From: Spirochaetia bacterium
GTDB lineage: Bacteria > Spirochaetota > Spirochaetia > SZUA-6 > Bin103
Assembly: GCA_965203055.1 (NCBI GenBank)
Contig: OZ241863.1
Coordinates: 3,136,001 to 3,200,000, forward strand
Length of the DNA: 64,000 bases
Direction: 5' to 3'
The translations under genes were made by a program, and so were the position numbers. Below, piece by piece: positions 58,495 through 64,000 of this stretch. A model generated the notes under the pieces. It made no database searches and was not told the DNA's origin. It saw nothing but the letters and a program-made list of their open reading frames with translations. The first letter of the stretch is position 1. Every line of letters begins with the position of its first letter.

Positions 58495-58972
58495 TCAGGT
58501 GAGGTCCGGCGGGGCGAGTTGCCGTAGCGCTTCGTACACCACTACCGCGACCGCGTTGGCCAGGTTGAGGCAACGCAGGCCGCGCCGCATCGGAATGCGG
58601 GCCGCGGCCGCGGCGTGGCGGGTGCGCAGCTCCGCGGGGAGGCCGGCGGTCTCGTTGCCGAACAGCAGGTAGGCGCCGCGGCGGTAGTCGACGTCGGTGT
58701 AGCGCCGCCGGCCGCGGGTGGTCAGCAGCACGAGCTGGCCGGCGGCTGCGGCAGCCAGCACCGGCCCCGGGCCGGCGTGGGTATGAACCGTCACGTCGGA
58801 CCAGTAGTCGAGGCCGGCGCGCCGCACTGCGCTTGCCGTGACCGCGAAGCCGAGCGGTTCGATCAGATGCAACTCGGCCCCCACCGCGGCGCAGGTCCGG
58901 GCGATGTTGCCGGTGTTCTGCGGAATCTGCGGCTGGTACAGGACGACGTGCAGGAGCGCCCCGCCGGACTGA

Positions 58973-58989
<17 letters not shown>
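58495..58989 (-). CDS. trmL: tRNA (cytidine/uridine-34-2'-O)-methyltransferase TrmL
   Basis: [44 protein letters not shown]; start uncertain (GTG 58989). Confidence 0.92.
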
Positions 58990-59935
<946 letters not shown>

Positions 59936-60110
59936 GCCGTACCCGTGCTGCGGTGACCCAAGCGCCGTTACGGAGCGGGTACGATTTGGTAACCCGAGTC
60001 AACGAGCCATTGCAAGCGCCGCAGGCGCCCGCGGCCGGCGGCGTTCGGGGGCGCCGCGGCCGGCCGGTTGCCGCGCCCTGCGGAGTAAGGTAATCTTCGC
60101 CATTCCCGTT

Positions 60111-61718
60111 ATGCCTGTGCCATCCAAGACCAAGACCGGAACCAGCGCCCGCGCGGCCAAGTCGACCGCAACCAGGCGCGCCCGCAGCGCAGTGCCGCCG
60201 GGCACGCTCGCCGAGCTGCGCGCCGCCGGCTACCCGGCGGCGCGCACGGTCAAGGACGAGATGCGCGACAACCTGGAGCGCATGCTGCGCGCCGGCGCCG
60301 ACACCGCGGAGCTGTTCCCCGGCATCCTCGGTTACGAGAAGACCGTGCTGCCGGGTCTGGTGAACGCCGTCCTGTCGCGCCACGACTTCATCCTCCTGGG
60401 CCTGCGCGGCCAAGCCAAGACGCGCATCCTGCGCAGTCTGGTGCGGTTCCTCGATGAACGCATCCCCGCCATCGACGGGACCGACCTCAACGAGAACCCG
60501 TTCGCTCCAATCACCGCGCAGGGGCGCCGCCTGCTGGCCAAGCACGGCGCCGCCACCCCGATCCGCTGGATCGAGCGCGGCGAGCGCTACCAGGAAAAGC
60601 TCGCCACCCCGGACGTGACCATCGCCGACCTGATCGGCGACGTCGACCCGATCAAGGCCGCCACCCAGCGGCTCTCCTACGCCGACCAGGGGGTGATCCA
60701 CTACGGCATCGTGCCGCGCACCAACCGCGGCATCTTCGCCATCAACGAGCTCCCCGACCTGCCGCCGCGCATCCAGGTGGGCCTGCTCAACATCCTGGAG
60801 GAGAAGGATTTTCAGATCCGCGGCTTTCCCCTGCGCATCCCGCTGGACATCTGCATGGTGTTCTCCGCCAACCCCGAGGACTACACCAACCGCGGCAATA
60901 TCATCTCGCCGCTCAAGGACCGCATCGACTCGCAGATCATCACCCACTACCCGCAGGACCTGGAGCATGCCCTGGCGATTACCCGCCAGGAGGCATGGAC
61001 CGCGCGCGGCGGCGCCGCTTGCGTGGAGGTGCCGGATTACTATCGCGAGTTGATCGAGGACGTGGCGTTCGAAGCGCGCGCGAGCGAATTCGTGGATCAG
61101 AAGTCGGGCGTGTCGGCGCGCATGACCATCGCCCTGCTGGAGAACGTCATCTCCAACGTGGAGCGGCGCTGCTTTCGCCACGGCGACCGGTTGGCCTATC
61201 CGCGGCTGTCGGATCTGCACCAGGCGCTGCCGGCCATCACCGGCAAGCTGGAGCTGGTGTACGAAGGCGAGCAGGAGGGACCGGCGCTGGTGGCGCGCAA
61301 GATCATCGGTCAGGCGGTGCGGCGCACCTTTCGCCGCTACTTTCCCAAACCTGACGTCAAGGTGCGGGACGGCAAGGAAGGCAGGGAAGGCAAGGAGAGT
61401 AAGGAAGCGGCCGACGCTTCCTCACCCTACGACCCCATAGTCTCCTGGTTCTCGCACGGCCACACGGTGGAGACGGCGGACGATCTGCCCTACGCGGAGT
61501 ACCGGGGGCGTTTCGAGCAGGTGAGCGGGTTGCGCGAGCTGGCTACCGCCGGCCTGAAGATCGCGGCAGAGGAGGAGGAGGGCCTGGGGATGGAGTTGGT
61601 GCTCGAAGGGCTGCACCAGCACTCGATGCTCTCCAAGCGCGATCTCGACAGCGCCAGCTCCTACCGCGACATGCTCAAGGCGATGTTCGATCAGATGGGC
61701 GACGACGAACGCGACTGA
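60111..61718 (+). CDS. AAA+ ATPase (Mg-chelatase ChlI-like), partner of the VWA protein
   Basis: GLRGQAKT, EKLATPD, AINELPDL, SANPEDYTNRG, SARM; start placed at ATG 60111. Confidence 0.88.
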   Translation: MPVPSKTKTGTSARAAKSTATRRARSAVPPGTLAELRAAGYPAARTVKDEMRDNLERMLRAGADTAELFPGILGYEKTVLPGLVNAVLSRHDFILLGLRGQAKTRILRSLVRFLDERIPAIDGTDLNENPFAPITAQGRRLLAKHGAATPIRWIERGERYQEKLATPDVTIADLIGDVDPIKAATQRLSYADQGVIHYGIVPRTNRGIFAINELPDLPPRIQVGLLNILEEKDFQIRGFPLRIPLDICMVFSANPEDYTNRGNIISPLKDRIDSQIITHYPQDLEHALAITRQEAWTARGGAACVEVPDYYRELIEDVAFEARASEFVDQKSGVSARMTIALLENVISNVERRCFRHGDRLAYPRLSDLHQALPAITGKLELVYEGEQEGPALVARKIIGQAVRRTFRRYFPKPDVKVRDGKEGREGKESKEAADASSPYDPIVSWFSHGHTVETADDLPYAEYRGRFEQVSGLRELATAGLKIAAEEEEGLGMELVLEGLHQHSMLSKRDLDSASSYRDMLKAMFDQMGDDERD

Positions 61719-61748
61719 CGACCGGCGGTGCGCGCAGGAGGGTAGAAC

Positions 61749-62837
61749 GTGAATTTCCAGTATCTGAAGTGGGACGAGTCGTTGGCCGCCGCCCTCCAGA
61801 ACTTCACCAACCTGATGAACCTGTTCAACTTCCTGCTGCTGCAGGCCAGCGGCGACGTGGACCGGGTGCTGGAATGGATGAGGTACCTGCAGCGGCGCGG
61901 CTTCATCGACGAGCGGTTCGATCTGGAGGAGTTCCGCGAGCAGTTGGAGCATCAGGCGATCATTCAGCGTGAGGGCGAAGGCCATTCGCTCACCGTGCGC
62001 GGCGAGCAGCAGATCCGCAAGGAATCGCTCAAGCTGATCTTCAACAACCTCAAGCGCGGCGGCTTCGGCCAGCATCGCACGCCGCATACCGGCGACGGCG
62101 GCGAGCGCCTGCCGGAGACGCGCCCCTATCGGTTCGGCGACCCGATCACCCAGATCGACGCCTTCGCTACCGTCAACAACGCGGTGAAGCGGAGCGGAGT
62201 GGACGACATCATGCTCGGCGAGCAGGACTTCGAGGTGTTCGAGACCGAGCACACCTCCTCCTGCGCCACGGTGCTGCTGATCGACCTCAGCCACAGCATG
62301 ATCCTGTACGGCGAAGATCGCATCACGCCCGCCAAGCAGGTGGCGCTGGCGCTGTATGAATTGATCACCACTCAATTCCCGAAGGACAGCCTGCACGTCG
62401 CCTACTTCGGCGACGACGCGCGCATGATCGAGGTGCGCGACATTCCCTACCTCAAGGTGGGTCCGTTCCATACCAACACCAAGGCGGGGCTGCAGCTCGC
62501 GCAGAACGTGCTGCGCAACCAGAAGCATCCCAACAAGCAGGTGTTCATGATCACCGACGGCAAGCCTTCGGCCATCTTCGAGAACGGCCGCCTCTACAAG
62601 AACTCGTTCGGGTTGGATCCCAAGATCGTCAATCAGACGCTGGAGGAGGCCGCCGCCTGCAAGCGCCAGGGCATCGTGATCACCACCTTCATGGTCACCG
62701 AGGATCCCTACCTGGTGAAATTCGTCGAGGAGCTGTCGCGCATCAACAGCGGCCGCGCCTACTACTCCTCCCTCGACAACCTGGGCAACTACATCTTCGC
62801 CGATTACGCCAGGAACCGCCGCCGCAACGTCCGCTGA
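61749..62837 (+). CDS. VWA-domain protein
   Basis: DLSHSM MIDAS, HTNT, ITDGKP; paired with the upstream AAA+ ATPase. Confidence 0.88.
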   Translation: MNFQYLKWDESLAAALQNFTNLMNLFNFLLLQASGDVDRVLEWMRYLQRRGFIDERFDLEEFREQLEHQAIIQREGEGHSLTVRGEQQIRKESLKLIFNNLKRGGFGQHRTPHTGDGGERLPETRPYRFGDPITQIDAFATVNNAVKRSGVDDIMLGEQDFEVFETEHTSSCATVLLIDLSHSMILYGEDRITPAKQVALALYELITTQFPKDSLHVAYFGDDARMIEVRDIPYLKVGPFHTNTKAGLQLAQNVLRNQKHPNKQVFMITDGKPSAIFENGRLYKNSFGLDPKIVNQTLEEAAACKRQGIVITTFMVTEDPYLVKFVEELSRINSGRAYYSSLDNLGNYIFADYARNRRRNVR

Positions 62838-62864
62838 CCCGCCGAGTGGTACGAAGGCGTTAGC

Positions 62865-64000
62865 GTGCCGCGCAGCGATCTTCCGTTCGGAAGCGAGTTC
62901 TCTCCTAAGCAAATCACCCTGCCGGTGTTACTGGAACTGGCCCATTCTCATGGGTCTGACTGGAAGGCATTCGAGATCGCGGTCTGCAATCGGTACTTTG
63001 CCGGCCACGACACTTCCCCATATAATCAGCGCAAGCTGGCCAACAATACCAAGCTCTCCATGCGCGCCTATGGCATCATCGGCGCACGGGACGCCACGCT
63101 CACGCCGGTCGGCGAGAGACTGTACGGTTTCCGCACCGACGAACTCGCCCTCCACGAAGAATTCACACGGCACATTCTGAAGAACTGTCACGGTATGAAC
63201 TTCGTGCAGTGCGTCCGGGACATGCAGGCCGCCGGCGAGCGGATCGACCTCACCAGGTTGCGCCGCTGGCTGCAAGAGCGCGGCATCGTCGTTCCTCGCG
63301 GCGGCAAGCACATGAGCACATTGCGCCTGTGGCTCGAACGGGGCGGCATCTTCGTATCCGGTTATCGCGTGGATGAGGGGCGCCTGTCCGAGATCCTGGG
63401 TATCGGGGTAGAGGAGTACGAAGCACTCGCCGGCTTTTCACGGGAGCAACGTGGTTACTTGAAGGCGTTGGCGAACCTCGGCGGCGGTGGTCCGTATGCC
63501 TCGAACGAAATCGAGAAGCTCGCGACTGCCACCTACGGGGTAGCCTTCAACGAGAAGAACCTGCCGAAACAGGTGCTCTACGGGTTGCGGGATGCGGGGT
63601 ACATTCGTCTTGAGCGCGGGACCAAGGCGCCGGGAAGAGGCGCAAAGCCGTTTCTGGTCACCGCCACCAGCAAGCTGACTGCGGAGCTCGTTACCCCGCT
63701 GATCGAGCAGTTGGAGCGGCAGACGCTTCCTGATCTGCGGCCGTTGCTCCGCAAGCCGCTCAGTGAGCTCCGCCGGGAGCTCAAGTCGCGGGACCGGCAT
63801 ATCCGCGGTCTGGCGCTGGAGGCCCTGGCGGTGTGGCTGATGCGCCTGATCGATCTGACCTACGTCGCTACGCGCCTGCGCGGGAGCGTCACCGGCGGGG
63901 CTGAAGTCGATCTGATCTTCGAGAGTGCCCGGCTGGTATTCTCCCGGTGGCAGATCCAATGCAAGAATACCGCCGGCGTCGCGCTTGACGACGTGGCCAA
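62865..64000 (+). CDS. Restriction endonuclease with C-terminal Mrr-like PD-(D/E)xK domain (partial; not in ORF track)
   Basis: Manual translation from GTG 62865: MPRSDLPFGSEFSP...RGLALEALA...TGGAEVDLI...RWQIQCKNT...DDVA; frame open to the window end. Confidence 0.8.
   Translation, partial: MPRSDLPFGSEFSPKQITLPVLLELAHSHGSDWKAFEIAVCNRYFAGHDTSPYNQRKLANNTKLSMRAYGIIGARDATLTPVGERLYGFRTDELALHEEFTRHILKNCHGMNFVQCVRDMQAAGERIDLTRLRRWLQERGIVVPRGGKHMSTLRLWLERGGIFVSGYRVDEGRLSEILGIGVEEYEALAGFSREQRGYLKALANLGGGGPYASNEIEKLATATYGVAFNEKNLPKQVLYGLRDAGYIRLERGTKAPGRGAKPFLVTATSKLTAELVTPLIEQLERQTLPDLRPLLRKPLSELRRELKSRDRHIRGLALEALAVWLMRLIDLTYVATRLRGSVTGGAEVDLIFESARLVFSRWQIQCKNTAGVALDDVA

Overview
High-GC bacterial chromosomal window. 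The host is not identifiable with confidence; the ABC substrate-binding signal peptide style hints at a Spirochaetaceae-like organism. Metabolic and housekeeping genes flank the window: fatty acid desaturase, aldo/keto reductase, enolase-family enzyme, sugar ABC transporter, two Thr/Ser dehydratases, PhyH, FAD/Fe-S oxidoreductase, acnA, FAH, trmL, cysK, and an AAA+/VWA pair. They surround a ~27 kb, almost entirely + strand defence island (17673-44964) built on a BREX type 2/Pgl backbone (pglW, pglX, pglY, pglZ). Inserted into the backbone are a frameshifted ABC ATPase, a DUF6978-like/DUF1828 pair, a second N6-type DNA methyltransferase, a GmrSD-like DUF262-DUF1524 nuclease and an orphan Rpn C-terminal fragment. 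PglZ looks C-terminally short and no brxHI helicase is present. Downstream lie a DUF6932-like nucleotidyltransferase with a partner gene, an orphaned DUF3696 ATPase, and a three-gene module with tandem DUF2791/BrxD-like ATPases (one intact, one degenerate), which is the best candidate for an undescribed system. Outside the island are an MNT-HEPN toxin-antitoxin pair with an atypical HEPN motif, a Fic protein, a MerR-VIT/vWA pair, a frameshifted HNH gene carrying in-frame palindromic repeats, and short relics of a type IIG-like methyltransferase and an SNF2 helicase. Two genes cut by the window edges (an ABC ATPase and an Mrr-like restriction endonuclease) are absent from the ORF track. All family assignments come from motif recognition, not database searches.
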